From positions 19,597,165 to 19,661,164 of the forward strand of contig JARDVH010000124.1 of the NCBI GenBank assembly GCA_030324005.1: a stretch of 64,000 nt of DNA. Direction: 5' to 3'. The stretch comes from Negaprion brevirostris (taxonomy: Eukaryota). Positions 26,221 through 38,210 of the stretch are shown here, in pieces. How positions within the stretch are numbered: position 1 is the first letter of the stretch; each line of letters opens with the position of its first letter. The notes under the pieces were generated by a model. The model saw only the letters and a program-made list of their open reading frames with translations, had not been told where the DNA came from and made no database searches. Both the position numbers and the translations under genes were made by a program.

Positions 26221-26689
26221 TGAACAAATAAGGTAGTTAATGCAACTTGTATTTGCTGATCACATCTGAATGTCAGGTATGAGAAAACTGTAACAAGTAC
26301 ACCTAAGTACTAAAGTGTTATTTTTTAATCTTGTTGCATTAAACACTCAGTAACAAAACCAGCAAATTGCCAAAAGAAAAGCAAATGAAAACTCAACAAA
26401 TGAGAGCTCCTTTTGTTTCAATACAGCCTTGATATCGAAAGCCTATTGGCTGAGTTTAACAGCCCCTGTTGATAGATTTGAAAGTGGGCAGGGTGAGAAG
26501 AAGGGCTCATGCGTAGCCTTTCTACCACCCCCATGCCTGCCTGACCTGCATGAAATTCTACAAGGAGCAGTGGATCTGTCAGTAGGCCTGCCCATCCATG
26601 GACCTACTGAGGCTCCTAAATAGCCAATTCATCTCTAACAATCAAAGCACCCATGCTTGGGGTCAGGCAGACTTCCGAACATGCCATAA

Positions 26690-27245
26690 ACTAAAGACAC
26701 AGGCCCAAAACATGACAATCTTATTAACCTCAAAATTGTCAGGATAATAACAAAATAGATACCAGAGACACTGAAGAGGGTACAGGGAAAGTTTACAAGG
26801 ATAATATCAAAAATTCATGGGTACAAATATTAGAAAATTACATGATCAGGTTGGGTCTCTTTTGTTCTGAAAAAAGACTGAGAAGTGACCTAATAGAAGT
26901 CTTTAAAATTATGGAAGGTTTTGATAGAGTGCACACAGAGAATGTGGTCACTGTGGAAGTGCATATCTGGAGCTATCAGGATAAGATATTCATCTAGAAA
27001 TCCAATAGCAAATTTAGAAGAAACCTCTTGACAGAAAGAGTGCTTAGAATGTGGAATTTGCTAGCACAAAGAATGGTTTAAGCAAACAATACCAACACAT
27101 TGAGAAGGGAGATAGACAAGCAAATGAGGCAAAAGGAAATGGAGGATTATAATGATAGATTTATATGGGGAAAGATGGGAGGAAGCTAATGTGGGGCAGC
27201 ATGGATTGGTTGGGCAGAATAGCTTGATTCTGTGCTGTAGAGCCA
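26690..27245 (+). mobile_element. Old CR1 LINE 3' part
   Basis: 'gtgacctaatagaagtctttaaaattatg' (GDLIEVFKIM-like) and a CR1 tail. Confidence 0.8.
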
Positions 27246-27344
27246 ATGTAATGCCATGTAAATTCCTTTGCTGGTTAAATTTTGAGAAAACCATACTCAA
27301 TGTTTTTAAGGATTTAAAACGTCAAATGAAAAAACTCATCTCAC

Positions 27345-27459
27345 CTGTTTGACCAGGAGGAGGGGTGCCTGTCGAACCTCGTGGTAGACATATAAAAACT
27401 GTCAAAACTGCGGCTTTATTTCCTGAGCAAGGCTCCACGGCAATAGGTTTGGGGGCTCC
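27345..27459 (-). CDS. Internal coding exon of an unidentified host gene (115 nt, phase 0 to 1)
   Basis: Acceptor 'ttccatattttgcag|GGA', donor 'ACAG|gtgaga'. Only one frame is open: GAPKPIAVEPCSGNKAAVLTVFICLPRGSTGTPPPGQT. GC-richer and CpG-retaining relative to flanks; no resemblance to the local repeats. Confidence 0.75.
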
Positions 27460-28027
27460 CTGCAAAATATGGAACACTATATATAAAACCAGAGCTGCCA
27501 CAACAAAGATTGCCTAGTAACTACAGTAGTACACTACATTGTTTCTTCCTTATTATCACAGCACGCCAATTTATAATACCATGCTGGCCATAATGTTAAT
27601 CAAAGCTTGCAGCTTAAATGGAACCGCACAAGAACTAAACTTAGTTTATTTAATTACAGTTCGATGCCCAAGCAAATGAAAGACACGTACAAAAAAAGCT
27701 TCAGTGCAATTCAAGATTTCACACAAGTCATGCAAAAGCTGAGTTGGAAACCAGTTGAAATAAATTTAATGACCTGACAAAAACATAAATGCAAAAACAT
27801 TATGCCAGTTCAAAAAATTTTCATGAGATAGCAATGATACTCTCAGTCATAACTTTCAATGGATGTTAAGCTGATCTGTTTAAGAAATGCTCAGATGCAA
27901 AGTGAATCAAAAGATTTGGGTCAGAGATAACCATCACACTCAGGTATATTTTCAAGTTTAAATGAATTGGTTCATTTATCCATCACTGGCAGAATAGATT
28001 CTCTTCCAAAATCACAAAGTGATGTCT

Positions 28028-28143
28028 ATAAGATCACAAGACATAGGAGCAGAATTAGGCCACTTGGCCCATTGAGTCTGCTCTGCCATTCAATCAGGGC
28101 TGATATTTTTGTCATTCCCATTCTTCAGCCTTTTCCCCAAAAA
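28028..28143 (-). mobile_element. CR1 3' tail fragment
   Basis: 'cacaagacataggagcagaattaggccacttggcccattgagtctgctc'. Confidence 0.8.
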
Positions 28144-28249
28144 NNNNNNNNNNNNNNNNNNNNNNNNNNNNNNNNNNNNNNNNNNNNNNNNNNNNNNNNN
28201 NNNNNNNNNNNNNNNNNNNNNNNNNNNNNNNNNNNNNNNNNNNTAGAGA

Positions 28250-28625
28250 AAGATCAACTTAATGCGAGGTAGGTCCATTCAAAAGTCTGACAGCAGCAGG
28301 GAAGAAGCTGTTCTTGAGTCTGTTGGTACGTGACCTCAGACTTTTGTATCTTTTTCCCGACGGGAAGGAGGTGGAAGAGAGAATGTCCGGGGTGCGTGGG
28401 GGGTCCTTAATTATTCTGGCTGCTTTGCAGAGGCAGTGGTAAGTGTAGACAGAGTCAATGGATGGGAGGCTTGTTTGCGTGATGGATTGGGCTAGATTCA
28501 CAATCCCTGTAATTCCTTGTGGTCTTGGGCAGAGCAGGAGCCCATACCAAGCTGTGATTACAAGCAGAAAGGATGCTTTCTATGGTGCATCTGTCAATGT
28601 TGGTGAGAGTTGTAGCGGAGATGCC
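28250..28625 (-). mobile_element. Rex1/Babar LINE 3' coding fragment
   Basis: ORF 28259-28501 has PSGKRYKSLRSRTNRLKNSFFPAAVRLLN, typical of the Rex1/Babar C-terminus. Confidence 0.85.
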
Positions 28626-28744
28626 AACATCACAACATGGTGATCAGATAATCTGCTAAATATTGACCACTTTCACCTTCTTTAAAACCCTGACAACAGG
28701 ATCTGTTTCTTCAGCATGAGAAGGGACCTTGGTTTCTGATCTCA

Positions 28745-28912
28745 TCTTTAGGGAAGGCAATCTGCCATCCTTACCTGGTCTGACCTGACCTAAGTGTGAC
28801 TCCAGAGCCACAGCAACGTGGTTGACTCTCAACTGCCCTCTGAACAAGGGCAACTAGGGATGGGCAATAAATGCTGGCCAGCCAGCAACGCCCATGTCCC
28901 ACAAATGAATTG
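28745..28912 (+). mobile_element. MetaSINE-like 3' half
   Basis: 'ctttagggaaggcaatctgccatccttacctggtctg...gtgactccagagccacagcaacgtggttgactctc...gggatgggcaataaatgctggcc'. Confidence 0.85.
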
Positions 28913-29129
28913 AAAGATAAATATAAAACAGAAAATGGGAACAATTCAAGCGTTATCTTCCCAGGCCAGTAATTCTGAATGGAACTGGGGAAGGTACATG
29001 TTATGCTGAAATAATCCCAACCTACAGGAAGAGGGAACTTTTGTTACTTCCTCTGATTCCTGGGGGTTGTCCTCCCAATGCAAACTAACCATCTTCTTTC
29101 ACAAGGAATTGCCGTCAATGGCAACGTGC

Positions 29130-29500
29130 ATTGATACAGCACCGTCAATGCAGCAAACCATTCCAAAGGGCCTGACAGGAACAGGAGCTGACACTGAGCC
29201 AGAAGGAGAAGATATTGTGATATACTGAAAGCTTGGCTGAATGAGAGAGAGGCTTTAAGGAGAGTCTCAAACGAGGGGAGAGAGGTGACAAGTCGCTGAG
29301 GTTAAGGAGGTAAGTTGCAGAGATTGCAGCCCAGATGGTTGAAGGCACATGCACCGATGCTGGGTGGAAAGGGTAGTGAAGGATGTACCAGAGACTAGAG
29401 TTATACAGACTTTCTGGACGGCTGTAGGAATGGAGAAGATTACAGAGATCAGGAGAGGTGAGGCCAATGGAACATTAGGATGAGGATTCTAAGCCTGAGG
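29130..29500 (-). mobile_element. L2-like LINE 3' fragment
   Basis: Minus strand has 'gtgccttcaaccatctgggc' and 'ctccttaaagcctctctc' (RAFS../LLKT-type L2 end). Confidence 0.6.
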
Positions 29501-29504
29501 TGAT

Positions 29505-29815
29505 CCACGTTCCTCATACGACAAGCTCTTCATTCCAGGGATCATTCTTGTGAATCTCCTCTGGACCCTTTCCAAGGCCAGCACATCCTTCCTTAGGTAT
29601 GAGGCCCAAAATTGCTCACAATTCTCCAAATGGGATCTGACCAGGGTCTTATACAGCCTCAGAAGTACATCCCTGCTTTTGTATTCTAGCCCTCATTTCA
29701 TGAATGCTAACGTTGCATTTGCCTTCCTTACTGCCAACTGAACCTGCACATTAAACTTAAGAGAATCTTGAACAAGGACTCCCAAGTCCTTCTGTGTTTC
29801 TGATTTCCTAAGCAA
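29505..29815 (-). mobile_element. CR1 ORF2 fragment, well preserved
   Basis: Minus strand reads RLYKTLVRSHLENCEQFWASYLRKDVLALERVQRRFTRMIPGMKSLSYEER. Confidence 0.9.
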
Positions 29816-29934
29816 TATCGTGATGGTGGTCAATTTGTCTGATTTATATATAGTGCCTATTATACCAACACTTCAAAATGCTCACTATTTAGAATTCCAA
29901 AGACATACAGAAGAACAACTGGAATTTAGACAGA

Positions 29935-30670
29935 AACATAGAAAATAGGAGTAGGCCATTCGGTTCATTAGCCTGCTCTCCCATTCAATGTGATCATGGT
30001 TGATTCTCTATCTTAATCTCATACTCTTGTGTTCTCTCCATACTCGTTGATCCTTTAATGTCTAGAAAACTATCCATTTCTTTCTTAAGTATATTCAGTG
30101 ACTTGGCCTCCACAACTTTCTCTAGCTGTGGTAGAGAAATTCACCACCCTCTCCGTGAAGAGATTTTTCCCCATCTCAGTTCTAAATGGCCTACTCTGTA
30201 TTCTGATACCATGACCCCCTTGTTCTCAACCTCCAGTCCAGGGAACATCATCCCTGCATCCAGTTTGCTGGTCCTGTCAATTTTTTATACATTTCAATGA
30301 GATCCCCCTATATTCCTCTAAGCTTCAGTAAAAAATACAGGTCTACTCAACCCAATCTCACATGCCAATCCTGCATCTCAGTAATCAGTCTGCTCAATGT
30401 TTGCTGCACTCCTTCAATGGCAAGTATATCTTTGCTTAGGTAAGGAGACCAAAACTGCACATAATATTTAAGATGTGGTCTCACCAAGGCAATATATAGA
30501 TGCAGTAAGATTTGTTTGCACCTGTACTTAAATCCTCTTGCAATGAAGGCAAGTACACCAATTACACTCTAAACTATTTGCTGTACCTGTAAGTTTGCTT
30601 TCAATGACTGGTGTATAAGGACACTCAGGTTCCTTTGTACATCAACATTTCTCAATCAATCACCATTTAA
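29935..30670 (-). mobile_element. CR1 LINE 3' part
   Basis: Tail 'gaaacatagaaaataggagtaggccattcgg' followed by decayed ORF2. Confidence 0.9.
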
Positions 30671-30679
30671 ATATTACAT

Positions 30680-30800
30680 AAAATAAAAACAGAAAATGCT
30701 AAATAAACTCAGCAGCTCTGGTAGCATCTGTGGAGAGGAAAACAAAGTTAAGTTTCAAGTCTATTTGACCCTTCCATAGAGCTGAAGAGGGATAGAAATG
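30680..30800 (-). mobile_element. Second Penelope-like family terminus
   Basis: 'aaaacagaaaatgctaaataaactcagcagctctggtagcatctgtggagag...gtttcaagtc'. Minus strand has decayed hammerhead-like 'gaagggtc-aaata-gactt-gaaac'. Confidence 0.55.
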
Positions 30801-31072
30801 TAATGATTGACAGAGATGTTATTGGTGTAAGACAACTTGGGGTGTGAATGGCGCCCACTGCTGCAACGCTCTAGTGACGGCCAATACAAACTGGAAGGTC
30901 ATAATAATTGATAATAATCATTCATAATTATTGATTAACAATAACTCTCCATGTTTATGTTAGTGTATTCAGGTTCTGTTTATTTTCTGCCCTTTCAACT
31001 GCATACTGATTTAAGTTGGCAAGAACACTCCAAGAAAAATGAGGGATTTGAGCCCTGACATAACTTACCTTT

Positions 31073-32100
31073 TAAAATTCATTTCACAAGTGTGGCAGCA
31101 CTGGCTAGGCCAGCATTTGTTGCCCATCTCTAACTGTCCCTGAGAAGTTAGTGGTGAGCTTGTCTTCTTGAACTGCTGCAATCCATGCAGTGAAGGTACG
31201 TCCACAGTGCTGTTAGGGAGAGAATTCCAGGATTTTGACCTAGTGACAGTGAAGGAACAGCAATATATTTCCAAGTCAGGATGATGAATAACTTGGTGGG
31301 AAACCTCTAGGATGTGGTGTTCCCATGTGTCTGCTGCCCTCGTCCTTCTAGATGGTAGTGGTTATGAGTTTGGAAGATGCAGTTAAGGAGCCTTGGTGAA
31401 TTCTGCAGTGCATTTGTAAATATTACACACTGCTAGCACTGTGTGTTGCTGGTGGGGGGTGTGAATGTTTGTGGAAGGGACAGCAATCAAGTGGGCTGAT
31501 TTGTCTTTGAGTGCTATTGGAGCTACATTGGAGTGAATGTTTAAGGTGGTGGATAGGGGACTGGTCAAATTGGCTGTTTTGTCCCAAGTAGTGTTGAGCT
31601 TCTTCAGTATTGTCGGAGCTACACTCATCCAGGCAAATGGACAATATTCCATCACGCTCTTGACTGAGCCTGATTCCTTGACTGGTGTCTTGAGGACAGG
31701 TTTTGGGGAATGAGAAAGTGGGTTACACGCCACAGGATTCTTAGTCTTGACCTGCTCTTGTAACCACAGTATTTATATGGCTAGTCTAGTTCACTCTGGT
31801 CGATGGTGACCCCAGGATGTTGATAGTGGAGACTTCAGGAATTGTAATGCCAATGAGTGTTAAAGGGAAATGGTTAGACTATCTCTTGATGGTGATGGTC
31901 ATTGTCACTTTTGTGTCGCGAATGTTACCTGCTACTTGTCAGTCCAGACCTTCATATTGTCCAGGTCTTGCTACATTTCTACACTTCAGTATCTGAGAAG
32001 TTGCAAATGGTGCTGAGCATTGTGCACTCATCAGCAAACATTCTCACTTTTGACTTTATTATGGAAAGAAGGAGCTGAAGATGGTTGGACCAACGACAGG
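31073..32100 (-). mobile_element. CR1/L2-superfamily LINE 3' part
   Basis: ORF remnants VKSVMEYCPFAWMSVAPTILKKL and SFTVTRSKSWNSLPNSTV; short internal duplication at ~31460-31600. Confidence 0.9.
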
Positions 32101-32109
32101 AAATGATGA

Positions 32110-32540
32110 TTAAACCCAATTAGCCATGTCTTTGGACCGATATAAACCTTAAATGCCTACCTTCTCACTACATCTCTCCAGAAATTAACCTTGTTACTTC
32201 TAGAACACATATATTCAATACAATGGCCTTGTCTAGTGGCATGTTCCACAGTGTAAAACAAAAGGTGTTTCACTTTCCTTTTTACTTATAACTTCCCTAA
32301 TTAACTAGTGCCTCCTGTAACTTGATTCCTTATTGCAGTGAACAACCTGTCAAGCTTATCTTTGTCATTCCCCTTGTTACTTCAAGTGTGTCACCGCAGT
32401 GTCTTTCCTAACCCAAAGAGTACAAGGTGAACATAACCATTTCTCATAATCTAGTTTCTTTGTACCTTTCCGCTCTCCCATGAGTATTAATATCCCTTTT
32501 TAATGATTACACGTCCAAACTATAATACAATATTTCAGAA
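32110..32540 (-). mobile_element. Very old CR1-like fragment
   Basis: Weak similarity to the reversed CR1 3' region ('ggcatgttccaca', 'tccaaactataatacaatatttc'). Confidence 0.45.
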
Positions 32541-34309
32541 AGCAATGAAGAAAAATAATGTAACTTTGAAAATCTGAAAATGAGAACAGAAGTGGTTTGT
32601 TTAGTGATTTATATCTGAAAGGTGAATTTATCTGTTCTCTTCATGTTCCAGGTGGAGTTTAATTGTTCCTTATAGAACTATAATACAATACAATGTGTGT
32701 TTTGGTTCCTTCCCCTTACATTAATTGTCTGATATTTAAGAAAGTAAAGTAGCAGTAAAACCTGTACATAGGACTCTCTCAGATAATGAAACATTCTGAG
32801 ACACAAATAAGTTTAAGTTTTAAATTTATTTATGAGTGTCACAAGCAGGCTTGCATTAACACTGCAATGAAGTTACTGTGAAAATCCCACACATGGTCAA
32901 AAATGCAAAAGGCAATTTTTCTTCGGACTGCTTCAAATTTTACTGCACACCAGGCACATGCTTTAACTTCAAGGGGCCAACCTATGCAGAAAACCTTGGA
33001 TTGCTACATGGCCACAAAGCTTATAGGGAATACTGCAAGAGGCACTCTGAAACCATAGACTCTCAAATTATGAACCATGGTGTGTGTTCAATACACACAG
33101 ACCTTGTACAATTTAAAACATGGGACATGCTTAAGTCGGTGTGTGTCAGCGATTGGATTTGAGATCCTGCTTTTGTGAAATGGGGAGTTCTTTACTCAGC
33201 ATTCATAACCACACAGAAACCATCCTAGTTCAGGGAATGGATGCTCATGTGGCTACATCTCTGGAATAATGCAGTTTTTCTCTGCCACCCGGGATGCTAG
33301 ATGAAATATTCCCCACTTTACTGAAATATTTTTATTGTATACATAATTATCATTTTTGAATCAGAACAATTCATGCCGGTCACTAAGATAATTTTCAGGT
33401 TTCACTGAGTTTTCTCTTGAGTTTGGAATCTAGATGGGGTTTCTCCGAGGTTGATACATTACCTTAAGAATGCTATTATAAATGCTATTAAAAACTATAC
33501 TCGTTTATTTACAGATTTATATACATCTCAGGATAATACATGTGCTTCCTACCAGATCAGACTCTTTGGTACATCAGTATCAGGTTTTTGTGATGTTAAC
33601 CCTTTACTCTACACATTGTACTTGTATTATGGCACTAAACCAGTTGGAAAATAATAGAAATTGTTCTGATATTTGGAAACATTGACAACATTACATTATT
33701 TATAATATGAAATAGAATGACAATGTTGACAAACTAAGTCTAATGGTGCAAGAAGCCATCATGGATGGAAAAGGATTAGAAAAATGAACTATTAATTGTT
33801 CAAATAAATTGGAAAGTAAGAAGGGCACACCAAGGATGACATGGAATCCATAGTTTTGAAAATTCACAGAAAAATGGTTATTTCAAAAATAATAAAGATA
33901 CTGAGATTTAAATCAGGATAATATGTCATCTAATTGGAACAATATACATGACTTGGAGAAGACATCGATATTTACTGTTTTTATAAACCTGAGAAAACTC
34001 TAATGCTCCTCAAAAATCCCTAACAGGATAAATTTTCCAAGAAGCAATAAAATCCCTTTTAAAGAAATTCCACAGCCGAGAAGGGTTTTNNNNNNNNNNN
34101 NNNNNNNNNNNNNNNNNNNNNNNNNNNNNNNNNNNNNNNNNNNNNNNNNNNNNNNNNNNNNNNNNNNNNNNNNNNNNNNNNNNNNNNNNNNNNNNNNNNN
34201 NNNNNNNNNNNNNNNNNNNNNNNNNNNNNNNNNNNNNNNNNNNNNNNNNNNNNNNNNNNNNNNNNNNNNNNNNNNNNNNNNNNGTGCTGTCAGGACTTTG
34301 TTCCTGATG

Positions 34310-34752
34310 TATTAGTATGGATTAGTGGATGTGGCTGTGGATTTGTGCATGAACGTAAATACAATGGTGGGTGTGCTCATGTGGAGAAGGATACTTGAGT
34401 TTATATGGGTATATGTATACATGGATGTGCGTGCACGTGTGAATTGGTTGTCGGTATGCATAAGGATGTTGGATCTGGGTGTATGCATGAGCATGTGTGC
34501 ACGTGTGTATGGATGGGTGTGTCTGCACATGCAATGGATGTGTATGTATGTGTGAATGGGTGTGCATAGAGGATTGGGAGCCTGTGAATGTAGGGGGTTG
34601 TGGGTGCGTGCTTGTATGGGGAGGAATGTGAATGTGAGTGTCTGACTGTGGGAATAGATTTGGGGGTTTGGAGATGATGCAGTGTGGTTTGTGTCTGTGG
34701 CTGTTGTATGTGTGTCTGCATTAATGTCTACATCTGTGGTGTTGGTGTGTGC
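34310..34752. repeat. Degenerate TG-rich simple repeat
   Basis: Imperfect (TG)n/(TGTA)n tract that produces His/Thr-rich spurious ORFs. Confidence 0.85.
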
Positions 34753-35814
34753 ACCTCAAAGCTCATATTAGGAAACAATAACACCAGAGTTGTAATGTAT
34801 CTCTGAAATACTGTGTCCCTGAACAATGTCAGCTCGCATCGGGGGTTTAGTGTAGCATGTGTCAGGGCATAGCTAATGTTCTGCACCTCCAGGTGAGTTC
34901 CATTTATAGCTATCTTTAAAAGTAGGCCTAGTGGACACTATGTTCTCCTCAATTAGAGGAATGTCTATAGCAGGATATTTTCACATTGGAAGACCTCTTA
35001 TTATGTTTAAGAGCAGAATCCTGCAGCAGACTGGGGAGATGACAATTCACCATCATGTTTAAAAATCACACAGCCTGCTGAGCAGATCTCTGCCTGTCAA
35101 GTAGAAGCTATTGTTACGGGCTTCCAGCAGCTCTGTATCCTTATGAGAGAATCAGAGAGCGAGAACAAAGTACCTCCTCAAAAGTGACAGAAACCAAGAG
35201 ATTAGAAAAGAGGAGATTTTAAATATCTGCAGCTCAGACAATATGCAGAGGTTCCCCTGGAAAGACACAAGTTCTTTGGGATCATCACATACAAGGGAGC
35301 TTCTGATAAGACATCTCTGTGTTACCATTCAAGGGAACATTGAGGAATTCTTCCAATTTCCCATATGGTCAGTCCAGACTCGGCGCATTCTTAAAAGAAA
35401 GTAATGTTGCAGGAATTAGAGGTGTCCTGCACTTCAGTAGAAAAAGCCAAGGGCCATGGAAGTCATTTCAAAGCGGTGTAATGTTCCAGTCAATGAGATG
35501 CCAAATGTCCGAAAAGTGAAAGAATGATAGAAGTATTATTTAAAGAATTGAACACCAAATAATCACTTTAAAAAAAAATTCATGAATATGAATGAGTCCT
35601 TTAACTCTTCACCTGCATTCCACATTTCTTCTTAATGAAACAGTTGACTTTCATAGTGTTGNNNNNNNNNNNNNNNNNNNNNNNNNNNNNNNNNNNNNNN
35701 NNNNNNNNNNNNNNNNNNNNNNNNNNNNNNNNNNNNNNNNNNNNNNNNNNNNNNNNNNNNNTGGTCCAAGTGCCACTCTTGAGCAGCCTTGCTGATTTTA
35801 TGCTGAGAACATGA

Positions 35815-37500
35815 ATTTTAAAATTTGTTTGTCGGATATGAGCATCGCTGGCAAGGTCAGCATTTGTCGCCCCTTCCTAAGTGCCGTCAAGAAGGTGGTG
35901 GTGAACTGCCTTCTTGAGCCACTGCAGTAAGTACACCCACAGTGCTGTTTGGGAGGGATTTCCAGAATTTTGACCCAATGACAGCAAAGGAACAGCATAG
36001 TAGTTTCAAGACAGGATAATGTGGTAGTAATGCTGTTGAATGTGAAGGGGGAATGGTTAGACACAGATTCCCTCCTGTTCGAGATGGTCATTGCCTGGTG
36101 CGGATATTGCTCATCACTTACTGTTATTACCTATTGTCCAGCATGCATGCACGGAGTGCTTCATTATCTGAGGAGCTATGAATGGTACTGAATATTGTGC
36201 AATCAACAGCAAACATCTTGAGTTCTCACCTTATGTTGGGGGGAAGATCATTGATGAAGCAGCTGAAGATTATTACGCCTTGAACACTACCCTGAGGAGC
36301 TCCTGTGGTGAAGTCCTGGGGCTGAGTGATTGACCTCAACAATCATAACCATCTTCCTTTGTGCTAGCTAAAGCTCCAATCAGTGGAAAGCTTTTCTACT
36401 GATCCTCTTCAACTTCAATTTTATGAGTGCCCTTTGATGTCACACTAAGTCAAATGCAGCTTTGACGTCAAGGGCAGTCACTCTCACCTGAGTTTCAGCT
36501 CTTATGTCCCCAAGCTTTAATGACATCAAAAGCCAAGAGGCCCTGACAAAACCAAAATGAGCTTCAGTGAGCAGGTTACTGGTGAGTTGGTGCCACTTGA
36601 TAGCATTATCAATTTGCTGCTGTTTGAGAGCTAACTGATGGGGTGATAATTGCCAGGGTTAAATTTGTCCTATTTTCCGTGGATGGACAGGACATACCAG
36701 GATAATTTTTCTCACTGTTGGGTAGATACCCGTGATGTAGCTGTACTAGATTAGCTTGGCTAAGGGCGCAGCTACGTCTGGACCACAAGTCTTCAGCACT
36801 ACAGCCAGGATGTTATCAGGACTCGTAGCTTTTGTGGTATTGAATGCCTTCAGCTATTTCCTGATATCATGAGTAGTAAATTAAATTGTCTGAAGACTGG
36901 CATCTGTGACACTGGGAACCTCAGAAGGAAACTTTGCCTTTTGCATGAATGTGTTGGATGGCTAACCCCATCATTGAGGATGGGGATGGTTGTGCAGCTA
37001 TCTCCTTCTGTTTGTTGTTCAAATAGCAACTACCATTCACAACTAGATGTGATGTGGAGATGCTGGCGTTGGACACAATAATAAGTCTCACAACACCAAG
37101 TTAAAGTCCAACAGGTTCATTTGAATCACGAGCTTTTGGAGTGCAGATCCACAATGCCGGCACTGCTCCTTCATCAGGTGAGTGCCAGATGAAGGAGCAG
37201 CGCTCTGAAAGTCATGATTCCAAATAAACCCTTTGGACTTTAACCTGGTGTGAGACTTTTTACTGCAAAACTAGATATGGTAGGAGTGGTGAGCATTGGT
37301 CTAATCCACAGGGTGTGGGATTACTTTGTTCTGTCTATTGCATACCGCTTCCATTGTTTAACATGTGTGCATTTGTGTGTAGCAGCTTCAGCAGATTTGC
37401 ACGTTATTTTTAAGTATGCCTAGTGCTGCTCCGCATGCTCTCCTACACTCCTCATTAGGGTTTTGCCTGTGACAAGCACATGGTTTAATAGCTCTTGGGA
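35815..37500 (-). mobile_element. Long decayed CR1/L2-superfamily LINE with RT region, interrupted by a Penelope-like pair
   Basis: Tail at ~35820; 'actaccctgaggagctcctg' is the reversed GxPQGS motif; 'gctttgacgtcaagggcagtc' is reversed ALDVKA. Confidence 0.85.
37050..37266. mobile_element. Penelope-like inverted pseudo-LTR pair with two hammerhead motifs
   Basis: Minus arm 37050-37184 (cactcacCTGATGAaggagcag...) abuts plus arm 37185-37266 (ccagatgaaggagcagcgctctgaaag...aaataaacc). Inserted into the LINE above. Confidence 0.75.
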
Positions 37501-38210
37501 ATTTTTAGCTGAGAAGTTCCATTTATCAAGGCAAACCATTGAAGACATTTTTCTGTCTTTCATAGGATACTTTGACAAATTGAGTGGTATGTAAAAATGT
37601 TGGTATAATAGCATTTATATTCCATTTATTACCGTACCTATTCTAGCATTTCAAGTATTAGTTAGTTATCTTAATGTTGAACTACTTATTGTTAATGGTC
37701 AGATGTGAATTGCCTTACTGTCACCTCAGATTAATAGACTAAACTGTCAAGTAACATCAAGATCAAAAAGCACAACAGCCACTGGATTATATCCCAGAAT
37801 TGAGGACTATATTTTACTGGATTAACATCAGCAATTCAAAATAACATCTTGTAGCTTATTACTCTTTTGAAATGAAATATTGTATAATTACATCGATGAA
37901 GAGATTAGTGCATAGTGAAACTACCATATCAGGTTACTCTAACCCTCCGTATGTAATGATAACATTCTATACTATGGTACCTATTCTCACTGGCTCCTAT
38001 TTCAGAGATTTCCTGGAAACTTTAAAAACAAGAGTGGGCAATTTAGCCCCTTGAAACTACTGCAACATTAATTAAATCATTGCTGATCTGCATCCTGTTT
38101 TGTCGTTTGTTTCATATCCATCGATATCTTTACCTATAACAAAATATATTACATCAGTCTTGAAAGCTCCAAATGTCATAGCGATATCCAGCTTTTTCAG
38201 GGAAGAGAAC

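Noticed and set aside
34312-34721. His/Thr-rich ORFs
   Set aside because: Translations of a degenerate TG repeat.
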